IMG/VR virus record: IMGVR_UViG_3300025139_000008
Source: an uncultured virus (IMG/VR IMGVR_UViG_3300025139_000008)
Taxonomy: Duplodnaviria > Heunggongvirae > Uroviricota > Caudoviricetes
Strand: one strand, 5' to 3'
DNA length: 20,000 nucleotides
Below the pieces are notes generated by a model that did not search any database, was not told where the DNA came from, and was given only the letters and a program-made list of their open reading frames with translations. The position numbers and the translations under genes are program-made. Shown here piece after piece: positions 1 to 11,141 of this stretch. The first letter of the stretch is position 1. Each line of letters starts with the position of its first letter.

Positions 1-666
1 AGCATCGTTGGTAGCACAGTGGCCGGTATTCGCAGCGTAACTGGGTTCCGAAGTGGTTCGGCTGCATCTACCATTCCTTTGAATGGTGATAGTTCTTCTG
101 ACCGAGATTTGGCACTTGGTTTTGCCTTCAATCGAGCAGCTTCAAACAACAGCTTACCAGCAAACTGGACGACATTGGCGTCTGTCAACGCCGCTAATGG
201 CTCAAGCGTTTTTGGTCGTATTTCGAACAACCCACCGGTCATAATCCAAGACAACGCCACTTCTTCCGCCACCGGCCCCGGACGATACTCAGCAGTTGTC
301 TCTCTAATTGGTGTGGTGACCTCCACCTTATTGGACTTCGATATTTCTTCGTATTTCCAAGGTGTTCCTCCGGGTCTTTTCGAAGTGTTCACCTACACCG
401 CTACACGGGACTTCACGCTCCCAATCAATTTCGAAGGATCGTTCGCTTACGCAAATATCACACCCATCGGTCCTGTGACTTTCCAGATCAAGAAGAATGA
501 CACGGTTATCGGAACCGTAAGCTTCGCTTTTGGAGAAAATACAGGAACATTCGTAGCCGCTGAGGGTGCATCGTTTGTTGCTGGAGACCGTTTGTCAGTG
601 GTTAGTCCATCTGATGTTAGTGAATTAGCTAACCTTTCGGTGAGTTTCGCAGGAACAAGAGTATGA
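1..666 (+). CDS. Phage tail-associated protein, 5'-truncated (frame open from base 1)
   Basis: Frame 1 is open from the window edge. The C-terminal ~105 aa (YFQGVP...FTLPINFEGS...FQIKKNDTVIGTVSFA...FVAGDRLSVVSP...LSVSFAGTR) resembles a beta-sandwich seen at the end of alphaproteobacterial phage tail proteins. ATGA overlap with the next gene. Confidence 0.6.
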   Translation, partial: SIVGSTVAGIRSVTGFRSGSAASTIPLNGDSSSDRDLALGFAFNRAASNNSLPANWTTLASVNAANGSSVFGRISNNPPVIIQDNATSSATGPGRYSAVVSLIGVVTSTLLDFDISSYFQGVPPGLFEVFTYTATRDFTLPINFEGSFAYANITPIGPVTFQIKKNDTVIGTVSFAFGENTGTFVAAEGASFVAGDRLSVVSPSDVSELANLSVSFAGTRV

Positions 667-1700
667 TTTACGAGTTAATTGGTTTTGACGAGTTCGAGAC
701 ACTTGAAGATGTTCAAAGGACTTTTTCAACTGTAGGTGCAGGCTGCTCGTTGGTAACCGATACAGAATCTGGGAGAGGAAAAGCCCTCCGGATCGTTTCC
801 GGTGGTGGCTCGGTTCTCGTCCCTGTATCCCCGCCGCCTTTGACAGTAATGGGTGCTTCTTTCCGTGTCCGTGTCATAAGCATGGAAAGTCAATCGAACC
901 GACGCATCCTGTATCGCGTAGAGCGTGATGGTGTTGCTCAATACTCTTTACAGATGGATAACATCGGTAGACTTTATACGACCACAGCCGGTGGAACAGG
1001 TAATCCCAACGTGACATACCCTGTCCCGCTGGTTTTTGGGCAGTGGTATCATATCGAAGTCAAAGGTAGGTCAGCCGACTTCGGAGTCGATGGTGGATTC
1101 TTTGAAGTAAAGCTCAACGGAAAAACCATCATTTACATCGAAAGAGACACAAACAACGTAAACGGTGCGGTTTCGGTGGATTCAGTGAGGCTAAACCTAG
1201 CTTTTGCTTTCGGTGGTGTGGTTGATATTGATGATATTACCTTATGGGATGAAACTGGTGACGAGAACAATGACTTCCTAGGGGATGTCGAAGTTGAGAC
1301 TTTGTTCGCAAATGCGGACGGGACCATCACCGGGTGGACTCCCAACACCGGAACGGCGTGGGAAGCTGTGGACGATACCAGCGAGGATGGCGACACCACT
1401 TACATCTCAAGCTCAACTGTGGGGGGCTCAGCTTCCTTCGGAGTCACTGACTTAGCCAGCAACCCTACCGAGGTCTTGGCGGTGAAGGTCTTCGGTATAG
1501 CTCGTAAAGATGGATTAGGTGACCGGGCAATTAAGCTAGGTGTGGTCAGTAACGGGATCGTGTCGGAAGGTTTGGAGACAACATTATCGACCAGCTATGG
1601 GCCTGTGATAGCTGTGTTCAATAGAGACCCTGATGGTGATGTAACTTGGACACCTCTTTCTGTAAATGCATTACAACCACGAGTTAGTTTGACACTATGA
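663..1700 (+). CDS. Virion/tail protein with concanavalin A/LamG-like domain
   Basis: 345 aa, beta-rich, with GQWYHIEVK...FEVKLNG...IDDITLWD and DFLGDVEVETL motifs typical of LamG-like phage structural proteins. Coupled on both sides by ATGA overlaps. Confidence 0.65.
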   Translation: MIYELIGFDEFETLEDVQRTFSTVGAGCSLVTDTESGRGKALRIVSGGGSVLVPVSPPPLTVMGASFRVRVISMESQSNRRILYRVERDGVAQYSLQMDNIGRLYTTTAGGTGNPNVTYPVPLVFGQWYHIEVKGRSADFGVDGGFFEVKLNGKTIIYIERDTNNVNGAVSVDSVRLNLAFAFGGVVDIDDITLWDETGDENNDFLGDVEVETLFANADGTITGWTPNTGTAWEAVDDTSEDGDTTYISSSTVGGSASFGVTDLASNPTEVLAVKVFGIARKDGLGDRAIKLGVVSNGIVSEGLETTLSTSYGPVIAVFNRDPDGDVTWTPLSVNALQPRVSLTL

Positions 1701-4700
1701 CGGCACGCGTTACTCAGATTGGCATCCAAGGGCTCGTAAAGGGCGATCCTGACGCACGTCTGGCTCAGATCGGTGTGCAGAGCCTTGTCAAGAATATCCC
1801 CGACGTGCGCGTCAGCCAATTGGGTATCAAGGCGCTTGCCCGGAATAATAAAAACGCCGACGAAATTGAACCCACCACACGACTCCTGCAAGCCACGACC
1901 AGTGCCTCGTTAGGTATTCCCGGTGATCCTTACTACAACAAAGTCTCTCTTCTTCTCCAAGCGGATAAGGGGTTTCGGGACCTGTCGAAATACAATGACT
2001 ATGTGAACGGAGATAGGGGGTTTTTGTTCATCCGGGACACGCCGGCTAAGTTCCTAAAGGCATTTGAATCTGTCTCCAGTAACACCATGGGAATCCGTTA
2101 CGATCGCAATCCAGAGCGGTTCGATTTCGGACGCGGGGCTTTTACCATTGAGGGCTGGATCAATCGTCCGGCGTTTAGCGGTTTCCGCTATATCATGGGT
2201 AACTGGTATCTGAAAACGGAGCGTTCTTGGTTCATTGGGACCAACAACAACGCCCTGACTTTCAGAGCCTCGATCGATGGGACGGAAGCCAACTTCTTCA
2301 ATCTCGAAGGAGCGGACTTACCAGCCAATACGTGGACTCACATCTGCGTAGAGCGCGACATCGAGGGGACGGTCCGTATGTATGTCAACGGTCAAACCGT
2401 GGCAACTGGGACTTTTCCAAATGAAATCCGAAAGGTTGATACTAAGCTGATCTTGATGGGTAGAAACCACTCATCGTCTATTGGTGGTATGAATAATTTT
2501 GAGGGCTTATTGGATGATTTCCGGGTAACAAAGGGGGTTGCTCGGTATGCTTCTGATGCCGGGTTTGTCATTCCAACAGCCCCGAATCCGATTGGCCCTG
2601 TTGACTACGAGCCATTCAATACCGATCCTTTCTGGGATAAGACTACGTGTGTCCTCGATCCTTTCGATGGTGCTGCTATTGATTACAAGCGCGGAGCCAC
2701 GATCACTGGTTTAACCGCAAGTAGCTTACAATTCAGCGGCGTCGGAACCATAGCGCATGTGGACGGACAATGGAACTTTGGTGGGCGGACGGAGCCTTTC
2801 ACCTTTGAAGTCGATATTGGTTGGAATAGTTCTTCGGGTAACAGTGTCGTTCAGATTATTTGTCCGGGCAACTGGCACCTCGCTACCGGAACTTCTGTTA
2901 TAGCCTTTCGCGTCTGGAATGGGACATCTTTTGTTGAGGTGTTTTCGTGGCCCAACATAGATGCTGACTGGTATTTCCCCAGAGCCACTGAAACCACAAT
3001 AATTACCCGTGACGAGATGGGGGTTTATCGGTTCTACCAGCAGGGTAAATACATGGGTAGCGCCGTGGCTCCATTTGCACCTGACACACCGACGGCTGAT
3101 TTGACCATCAATGCTGACTCGGCTCGCGTAATCCGCTGCTTGCGGATGACGTGGGACGCCGTTCGTTACCGGGAAGAAGACTTCATCAATAGCCCGATCG
3201 CGGATTTACCGCCCCCGCGTAGTGGGCCGGCTTATGCCGCCCCGATCCTCCCGGATGCGACATACCCCTATGACTTGGCATTCCCTGATCCCAAGGACGG
3301 AGCAGTAACTTGGCGGAGCGTTGTCGGTGCCAGCCCGTCCCCTAGGACTATCCATACTTCTGGTGTTCTTTACGAAGAAGACCCGAATGATCGCTGGCGT
3401 TGGGCTACAGGAAATTCTTCCACCACATTGTTGGATTATCATAGACTCCTTATCCCTGTTCAATATCTTGATGACATTGATGCAGGTGGAGTCTTCCTTG
3501 AATACTCCGCACTAGCGGCTGCCCCTTTCGATCACGCTGGGAACGGCACCCTCGTGGCGCTCGCGTTGGATAAGAATAGTCAAATGCTAAACGCATCCAG
3601 CAGCGACGCTGTTGTGACGGATAAGACTTTCAAGAACACGCAAGGGGCTATGTTCCTACCAGTGGGAACCCGGACCGTTGAGGTGGGTATCCTAGCTGGG
3701 TTGAGTGCTTTCCAAGGTAACTACGTCATGAGCCGCATCTCTGCCCGTCTCGTTGACGGGTTTGAGGATGCTCGCGAATATCTCAGCAAACCGACTCAGT
3801 TGATGGGCTCGATCATCAAGACTGACAATACGGAATGGACCGACGCTCGCGGCGGCACCATTATCGATACAGCAAACCTGAGTTGGCTGGCTACTTCGCT
3901 GACCACAACCCAGAGGGTGATGGACCTTCGGTGTGTGGATGATCTTCCGAGCAGCTACTTCACCAGCATCGACAACGGACTGGCGGCTTTTCGTTTTAAG
4001 GCTATCGCAACTCAGAATGAGGTCGATGATTTTGGGTGGGCCTATGTCGAGTTTCTGGATGTGTCAGATCAAGTAGTCGGCCGCCGGGTTTTCAGTTCAC
4101 CTAACCCACGGGTTGCATCGCCAAGGTTTGTGGGTCTCAATGTCGATTGTCCGATCCCGGTCGGTGCCCGTAAGGTCGTCATGGCTATCATGGGCTCGAT
4201 GAATTATGGCGAAGTCGTGAATGGCACCAACCAGATCAATTTCCCGACGAACTTCCACGAGGCATATTGCTACATCCCGGCGTCAGGGGAGATGCCAGTA
4301 ATCCCGGTCCCGCCGACTCCGGCAGGGGATGAGCATTGGGATAACGTAGTCTGCCTTCTGTCTACCCGTAATGGGGTGATCGAGAATCTGGGTAACCCCC
4401 GATACAGAGAACACATCGCTCCGGTCGGTGTGTCCGTAGCCTCGATCGATTCTCCATTCGGAGACACAGCCATAGCGTCCAACTTGTCTCTGGTGACAGG
4501 TAATTCGTTCTATGTCGAAGTCAAACTGGCTGACTTTGAAGGAGGGGCCTTTGGTCCCCAGATGACTTTCGAGGGCTGGTTCTACAGAACTCATCCAGTT
4601 AACACAGCGTTACCGAGTATCGGTATTCACAACCAGTTAAACGGTAATAACGGCGCTATTGATGGCGCGACTACTGGTATCCTGATGGATGGTGTGACGA

Positions 4701-5056
4701 CGACAAACGTCCAAAGCATCATCGATCAGTGGTATCACATCGCCTATTGTCGTGACGAAACTGGTAGAGCGGTTCTGTTCGTAAACGGCGAACGTCAGAA
4801 TATCGGTAGAACCGCGTTTGCAACGTTGTGGAACCGGGTTTTCCGGATCGGCCAATGGAATGTCGCATCCAATGTTTTCGGATGGTGCGGGTATTACGAC
4901 GAAATTCGGATTACCAAAGACGTTGAACGATACACCGAAAACTTCACACCTCCGGGCAATCGTTACCCGACCAAGCTGCCTTCTGGGTCGCTTTTGTTGA
5001 ATGGCGAAACCGGGCGCTTGCTACTCTCCGGAGACACTGGTGGAATCCTTACCTAA
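1697..5056 (+). CDS. Large tail fibre/receptor-binding protein with three LamG-like modules and two carbohydrate-binding-like repeats
   Basis: 1119 aa. Modules begin DPYYNKVSLLL, DPFWDKTTCVL, DEHWDNVVCLL and end DDFRVTKGVARY, RCLRMTWDAVRY, DEIRITKDVERY. LamG motifs FTIEGW and WTHICVER/WYHIAYCR. Central duplicated IDAG...LPVGTR and IDNG...IPVGAR units. Confidence 0.75.
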   Translation: MTARVTQIGIQGLVKGDPDARLAQIGVQSLVKNIPDVRVSQLGIKALARNNKNADEIEPTTRLLQATTSASLGIPGDPYYNKVSLLLQADKGFRDLSKYNDYVNGDRGFLFIRDTPAKFLKAFESVSSNTMGIRYDRNPERFDFGRGAFTIEGWINRPAFSGFRYIMGNWYLKTERSWFIGTNNNALTFRASIDGTEANFFNLEGADLPANTWTHICVERDIEGTVRMYVNGQTVATGTFPNEIRKVDTKLILMGRNHSSSIGGMNNFEGLLDDFRVTKGVARYASDAGFVIPTAPNPIGPVDYEPFNTDPFWDKTTCVLDPFDGAAIDYKRGATITGLTASSLQFSGVGTIAHVDGQWNFGGRTEPFTFEVDIGWNSSSGNSVVQIICPGNWHLATGTSVIAFRVWNGTSFVEVFSWPNIDADWYFPRATETTIITRDEMGVYRFYQQGKYMGSAVAPFAPDTPTADLTINADSARVIRCLRMTWDAVRYREEDFINSPIADLPPPRSGPAYAAPILPDATYPYDLAFPDPKDGAVTWRSVVGASPSPRTIHTSGVLYEEDPNDRWRWATGNSSTTLLDYHRLLIPVQYLDDIDAGGVFLEYSALAAAPFDHAGNGTLVALALDKNSQMLNASSSDAVVTDKTFKNTQGAMFLPVGTRTVEVGILAGLSAFQGNYVMSRISARLVDGFEDAREYLSKPTQLMGSIIKTDNTEWTDARGGTIIDTANLSWLATSLTTTQRVMDLRCVDDLPSSYFTSIDNGLAAFRFKAIATQNEVDDFGWAYVEFLDVSDQVVGRRVFSSPNPRVASPRFVGLNVDCPIPVGARKVVMAIMGSMNYGEVVNGTNQINFPTNFHEAYCYIPASGEMPVIPVPPTPAGDEHWDNVVCLLSTRNGVIENLGNPRYREHIAPVGVSVASIDSPFGDTAIASNLSLVTGNSFYVEVKLADFEGGAFGPQMTFEGWFYRTHPVNTALPSIGIHNQLNGNNGAIDGATTGILMDGVTTTNVQSIIDQWYHIAYCRDETGRAVLFVNGERQNIGRTAFATLWNRVFRIGQWNVASNVFGWCGYYDEIRITKDVERYTENFTPPGNRYPTKLPSGSLLLNGETGRLLLSGDTGGILT

Positions 5057-5068
5057 AAGGAAATTGAA

Positions 5069-5656
5069 ATGGCTGATAAAGACACATTAGCATTAGACGT
5101 AGCGGGCCTGCTGGATGGCTCAGAGCAGGTTCACATCGTTCAGGACGGGGAGAGCGTGAGGACGAGTGCCGGCGACATTGCCGCTCTCGCGGGCGATCCC
5201 GGATCGGTATTTGGTCCTAAGTGGGAGATCGCTTTCCAGTGGACGTGGACGACTAACGTCACGATGGTCGATGCAAACAATCTGGGCGATTACAAAGAAC
5301 TGATTGTTATCTGTAAAGATATTTCAACCAGTGCTTCTGTTCTTCGTTTGTTACAGCTTAGCACCAATAACGGAGTGAGCTACTTTTCTGGTGCAACTGA
5401 CTACACTCTTCTGGCGAATACAGGAACCCTGACCAACAGGAATAATGCCGCCAGCCATGTCAGAACCAACAACGGTCAAAGAACGATTTTCATGCGCCTG
5501 CCGACTAACATCGATGGGGCTATCAAGGTTATCCAGAGCAACGAAGGTAACGTTATTTTCCAAGCCAGCAACGCGAAGGTGGATGCCGTTCGGCTCCTGC
5601 TCAGCGCTGCTGGGAACATCACCGGCGGATCGATGATGATCCTCGGTCTGCGATAA
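5069..5656 (+). CDS. Putative tail fibre/virion accessory protein
   Basis: 195 aa with AAGGA RBS. N-terminus MADKDTLAL..AGLLDGSEQVHIVQDG is typical of phage fibre attachment segments; beta-rich C-terminus. Confidence 0.55.
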   Translation: MADKDTLALDVAGLLDGSEQVHIVQDGESVRTSAGDIAALAGDPGSVFGPKWEIAFQWTWTTNVTMVDANNLGDYKELIVICKDISTSASVLRLLQLSTNNGVSYFSGATDYTLLANTGTLTNRNNAASHVRTNNGQRTIFMRLPTNIDGAIKVIQSNEGNVIFQASNAKVDAVRLLLSAAGNITGGSMMILGLR

Positions 5657-5668
5657 GAAAGAGATACC

Positions 5669-6502
5669 ATGCAAGTCAAAAACCACATCCTCGAAGGCGT
5701 GCGCGTCGTGCGGTCTCCCAACATCTCCGGGTTCATGACACCGACTGGTGCAATCATGCACTACACCGCCAGTTTCAATGCCGATAGTGCAATTCGAACC
5801 TTGACAAATCCGGCTGCCAAGGTATCTGCACATTTGGTGATCGATACTGATGGAACGATCACGCAGCTTGTCCCCTTCAACCGGGTTGCATGGCACGCCG
5901 GACCGTCGAAGCTGGCTGGCCGGACCGGATGCAACAACTTCACGATCGGGTTCGAGTTCGTTAATCCGGGATTTTTCCGGATCGCCAAGGACGGCACAAT
6001 CATGGATTGGGAAGGCAAGCGACCCGTCCCGAAGGCAACGTTGGACCGTTTCGATCTCAGTCTACGTGCGCCAAACCGCCGTGTGGGAGGCGGGACTTTT
6101 GTCTGGCCGGGGTATTCCAAGGCCCAGATCAACGCCGGCCTCGAAGCTCTCAAGGCCATCAAGGAGGCTTACGGTATCACACTGATCGCCGGTCATGAAG
6201 ACATCGACACACGGGGCTGGAAGACCGATCCGGGCCCGGCTTTCCCGATGGGTGATTTCAAGGCCGTCATCCATGGCGGCGAAGATCGCGCCGATGGGAT
6301 GCAGCCGGCTAAGAGCCGCTTCCTTGTCAACACCCCGCGCCTCAACGTCCGGGCCGCACCCAACGGATCAGGCGCGATCCTGACTACCCTGTCGGGCGGC
6401 TCTGAGGTGGTGGTGATCGAAGACCTCGGAGCGTGGAGTCATGTCGAATACGCTCCGGGAAAACGCGGCTACCTTGCAGATCAATTCCTCAAGAAAGGGT
6501 AA
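5669..6502 (+). CDS. Endolysin: N-acetylmuramoyl-L-alanine amidase (Amidase_2) with C-terminal SH3b domain
   Basis: IMHYTA, VSAHLVI, AWHAG, IGFEFVN and GHEDI...KTDPGP zinc-amidase motifs. C-terminal LNVRAAP...WSHVEY...GYL SH3b. Directly upstream of the spanins. Confidence 0.9.
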   Translation: MQVKNHILEGVRVVRSPNISGFMTPTGAIMHYTASFNADSAIRTLTNPAAKVSAHLVIDTDGTITQLVPFNRVAWHAGPSKLAGRTGCNNFTIGFEFVNPGFFRIAKDGTIMDWEGKRPVPKATLDRFDLSLRAPNRRVGGGTFVWPGYSKAQINAGLEALKAIKEAYGITLIAGHEDIDTRGWKTDPGPAFPMGDFKAVIHGGEDRADGMQPAKSRFLVNTPRLNVRAAPNGSGAILTTLSGGSEVVVIEDLGAWSHVEYAPGKRGYLADQFLKKG

Positions 6503-6505
6503 ACC

Positions 6506-6940
6506 ATGCCACTTGTTTCAATCCCGACTTGGGCAGCCGCAAAGCTCTTTTTCAAGAGCAAGAAGTTCCTGATCCCGGCCGCCATCATCACCTTGCTGTT
6601 GGCGATCGGGGGCGGCACCTACCTCTATCTGAATCACCAACAGAAAGAGGCTGTCTCAGCAGCCGTCGAAGCAGCCGATTCCAACGCTACGATCCAGACC
6701 TACGAAACCAAGGAAACCATCAACACCCGCACGATCGAAGTGGACCGCCGCTTCGAAGACCTCCAGCGGCAGACCATCAAGGATTACGCCAATGTCCGAA
6801 ACCAAATCGAAGATGCCCCGGTTGAAGAGCGCGATGCTCAAGCCCCTCCTTTGCTCATTGATACTCTCAATGAGCTTGACCGCCTGCGCCAGCAGAGAAA
6901 CACGGGTGGAGTTCCTGACGCCGACGTTCCGGTCGGATGA
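6506..6940 (+). CDS. Inner-membrane spanin (Rz-like)
   Basis: Single N-terminal TM segment (FLIPAAIITLLLAIGGGTYLYL) followed by a helical periplasmic region. Follows the endolysin and overlaps a lipoprotein gene. Confidence 0.75.
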   Translation: MPLVSIPTWAAAKLFFKSKKFLIPAAIITLLLAIGGGTYLYLNHQQKEAVSAAVEAADSNATIQTYETKETINTRTIEVDRRFEDLQRQTIKDYANVRNQIEDAPVEERDAQAPPLLIDTLNELDRLRQQRNTGGVPDADVPVG

Positions 6941-7136
6941 ACTGGTCTGCATGGATGCACCGGCCGGCCAGCTTCCATCTGACACGGCGCTGGTGACCGC
7001 AATCGAGCGGGTTGTCGGAATCGACGAAGCTGGTGAAGACTGCCGCCAGCGCCTCGACCGGGTGAAAACCAAGATCGAAATCTTCAACGAGGTGGTAGCG
7101 GCAATCAACGCCGGTAAAGACCCGAAAAAAGATTGA
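6834..7136 (+). CDS. Outer-membrane spanin lipoprotein (Rz1-like)
   Basis: Signal peptide MLKPLLCSLILSMSLTAC with lipobox LTA-C. Starts inside the i-spanin in another frame. Start could alternatively be ATG 6813. Confidence 0.8.
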   Translation: MLKPLLCSLILSMSLTACASRETRVEFLTPTFRSDELVCMDAPAGQLPSDTALVTAIERVVGIDEAGEDCRQRLDRVKTKIEIFNEVVAAINAGKDPKKD

Positions 7137-7163
7137 CAATCACCGCCATTCTGAATATACAGT
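7133..7163 (+). promoter_or_regulatory. Sigma70-type promoter for the thyX gene run
   Basis: TTGACA (7133-7138), 17 bp, TATACA (7156-7161). Spacer contains CACCGCCATT, shared with two other promoters. Confidence 0.75.
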
Positions 7164-7182
7164 CCGCCTTGCAAGAGCGAAC

Positions 7183-7225
7183 GGCGGGGGAACGTCACTC
7201 ACCCTCCGGGGTCACACGTCCCGCC
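7183..7225 (+). other. Structured 5' leader hairpin upstream of thyX
   Basis: GGCGGG/CCCGCC, ACGT/ACGT and ACCC/GGGT helices capped by a c(UCCG)g UNCG-type tetraloop. Confidence 0.5.
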
Positions 7226-7252
7226 AAGTAGCTCCCGTCCTTAGGAAACCCA

Positions 7253-8122
7253 ATGACCTCTGTGATTCTCTCCCCGCTGGTCAGCGCGACCATCCTTGCC
7301 GACTCCATCTCGCCCGCCGGCGTCCGTCTGACGACCATGGAACTGGTCTACCCCCGCTTCATTCACTCTGAACTGATGACCCACCGCGTGTTCTCCCGGA
7401 ACGCTTCATCGAGCCGCGCTATCCCGACCAAGCGTGCGATCAAGATGATCCGGGAGAACCCGGCCGTGCCCGCTTCGTGGCGTATGAACCAGCCGGGTAT
7501 GCAGGGCTACGAAGTCGCTTCCGAAGAGACCACGCTGGCTGCCCAGACGATCTGGCTCGCCGCGATGGAAGATGCGATCCGTCACGCCGAAGCGATGGAT
7601 GCATTGGGCATCCACAAGCAAGTGGTCAACCGCATCACAGAGCCGTTCGCTCACATCAAGGTCGTCCTCACGAGCGTTTACTGGGGCAACTGGGATGGCC
7701 TTCGCCGGCATGGTGCCGCTGACCCCACTATCTGTGCGCTGGCCGAAGCGATTCACGAAGCACGAACCAACTCGGTCCCGCAAGACCTGCCGATGGGTGA
7801 ATGGCACCTGCCCTACATCACCAAGGAAGAGCTTGCGATCCACGGCATCAATCTGTGCAAGAAGATCAGCACCGCCCGGTGCGCCCGTGTGAGCTACAAC
7901 AACCACGACGGCACCAAGACGACGCCCGAAGCGGACCTCAAGCTGCACGATATGCTGCTGGTCGATCAGCCGATCCACGCCAGCCCGGCCGAGCATCAGG
8001 CGACTCCTGACCAACGCCGGTTCAATGGATGGGATAAACCCGAACTTCATGGCAACCTTGCCGGCTGGATTCAGTATCGCAAGACGCTGACCGGTGAAAA
8101 CATGGACGCCATTATCGGTTAA
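7253..8122 (+). CDS. thyX: Flavin-dependent thymidylate synthase (phage ThyX/Thy1 type)
   Basis: PRFIHSELMTHRVFSRNASSSRAIP signature, HKQVVNR, ARCARVSY, HASPAEHQA. AGGA RBS. Confidence 0.9.
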   Translation: MTSVILSPLVSATILADSISPAGVRLTTMELVYPRFIHSELMTHRVFSRNASSSRAIPTKRAIKMIRENPAVPASWRMNQPGMQGYEVASEETTLAAQTIWLAAMEDAIRHAEAMDALGIHKQVVNRITEPFAHIKVVLTSVYWGNWDGLRRHGAADPTICALAEAIHEARTNSVPQDLPMGEWHLPYITKEELAIHGINLCKKISTARCARVSYNNHDGTKTTPEADLKLHDMLLVDQPIHASPAEHQATPDQRRFNGWDKPELHGNLAGWIQYRKTLTGENMDAIIG

Positions 8123-8147
8123 CCACTGCAATTCTGACTTGACAGAC

Positions 8148-8181
8148 AGGCCCGCCTCCTTCACTGGAAGTGGGCCTTTCT
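8148..8181 (+). terminator. Putative intrinsic terminator/attenuator between thyX and ligA
   Basis: AGGCCCGC-CTCC-ttcact-GGAA-GTGGGCCT stem with a short TTCT tail. The U-tract is weak. Confidence 0.45.
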
Positions 8182-8194
8182 AATTGGAGACTGA

Positions 8195-10478
<2,284 letters not shown>

Positions 10479-10479
<1 letters not shown>

Positions 10480-10709
10480 TGGCTACGATCAACGTCGGTG
10501 AAGACGATTTCCTCGCGGTCGCTTTGGCAGCCGCCAGCGCCAAGGACGAAGGCGATATGGATCAGGCACGAGCGCTCGACAAGATCGCCCGCAAGATCAA
10601 CGCCAGTCTGTCTTCGGCCGCGACCAAGCAATATCGCTGGCTGGGCGGTTCCACGAAACGTGAGCCCCTGCGTTGGCAGGATGTTCCTTCAACCATAGGA
10701 GAAAACTAA
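10479..10709 (+). CDS. Hypothetical protein
   Basis: 76 aa, GGAGG RBS, coupled overlaps at both ends. Confidence 0.75.
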
Positions 10710-10930
10710 TGACGCTGATCATCAGCTCAAAGGAGATAATGCCCACCTTCAAGGTCCGGGAGCCTGAGAAGGGCCCGCCGATCTTCGCAGGAGATGTGTT
10801 CGATCACCCGACCTACACCGCTGTCGTCGTCGAAGATGTCACGATCGATGAACGCTCGATGCCGCGTGAGCGCGTCGTAACCTTCCGCGCCGCCACCCGG
10901 CAGGAACTCGAAGAGAATGGATACATCTGA
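10709..10930 (+). CDS. Hypothetical protein (73 aa)
   Basis: AGGAG RBS and TAATG overlap place the start at 10709 rather than 10673. Confidence 0.7.
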   Translation: MTLIISSKEIMPTFKVREPEKGPPIFAGDVFDHPTYTAVVVEDVTIDERSMPRERVVTFRAATRQELEENGYI

Positions 10931-11141
10931 TGCCGATCCCCGCTGCTCCGCCGTCGTCAAGCGCAACCAAGCTGGTTACGTCATGACCGTCCTTGCCATC
11001 TTCCCGACCTCAGAAGAGGCGTGGGAGTGGGCTCAGAACGCCAATGAGTGGTATGGTGCGGATCACCCGCTCACACCATTGACGATCATGGATGACATCC
11101 TGTCCAGCCCGCCTAAGTTCCCTGTGGAAGCCATGCGGTGA
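10917..11141 (+). CDS. Hypothetical protein
   Basis: 74 aa, fills the gap in a tightly packed gene run. GTGA overlap with the next gene. Confidence 0.6.
   Translation: MDTSDADPRCSAVVKRNQAGYVMTVLAIFPTSEEAWEWAQNANEWYGADHPLTPLTIMDDILSSPPKFPVEAMR

Noticed and set aside
7162..7252. Known riboswitch (ZTP/THF) or tRNA in the thyX leader
   Set aside because: No recognisable consensus or cloverleaf by eye; kept only as an unclassified hairpin.
7406..8164. 252-aa antisense ORF inside thyX, and similar ones inside nrdB (14470-15240) and nrdA (16450-17058, 17152-17853)
   Set aside because: Antisense shadows of well-supported genes.
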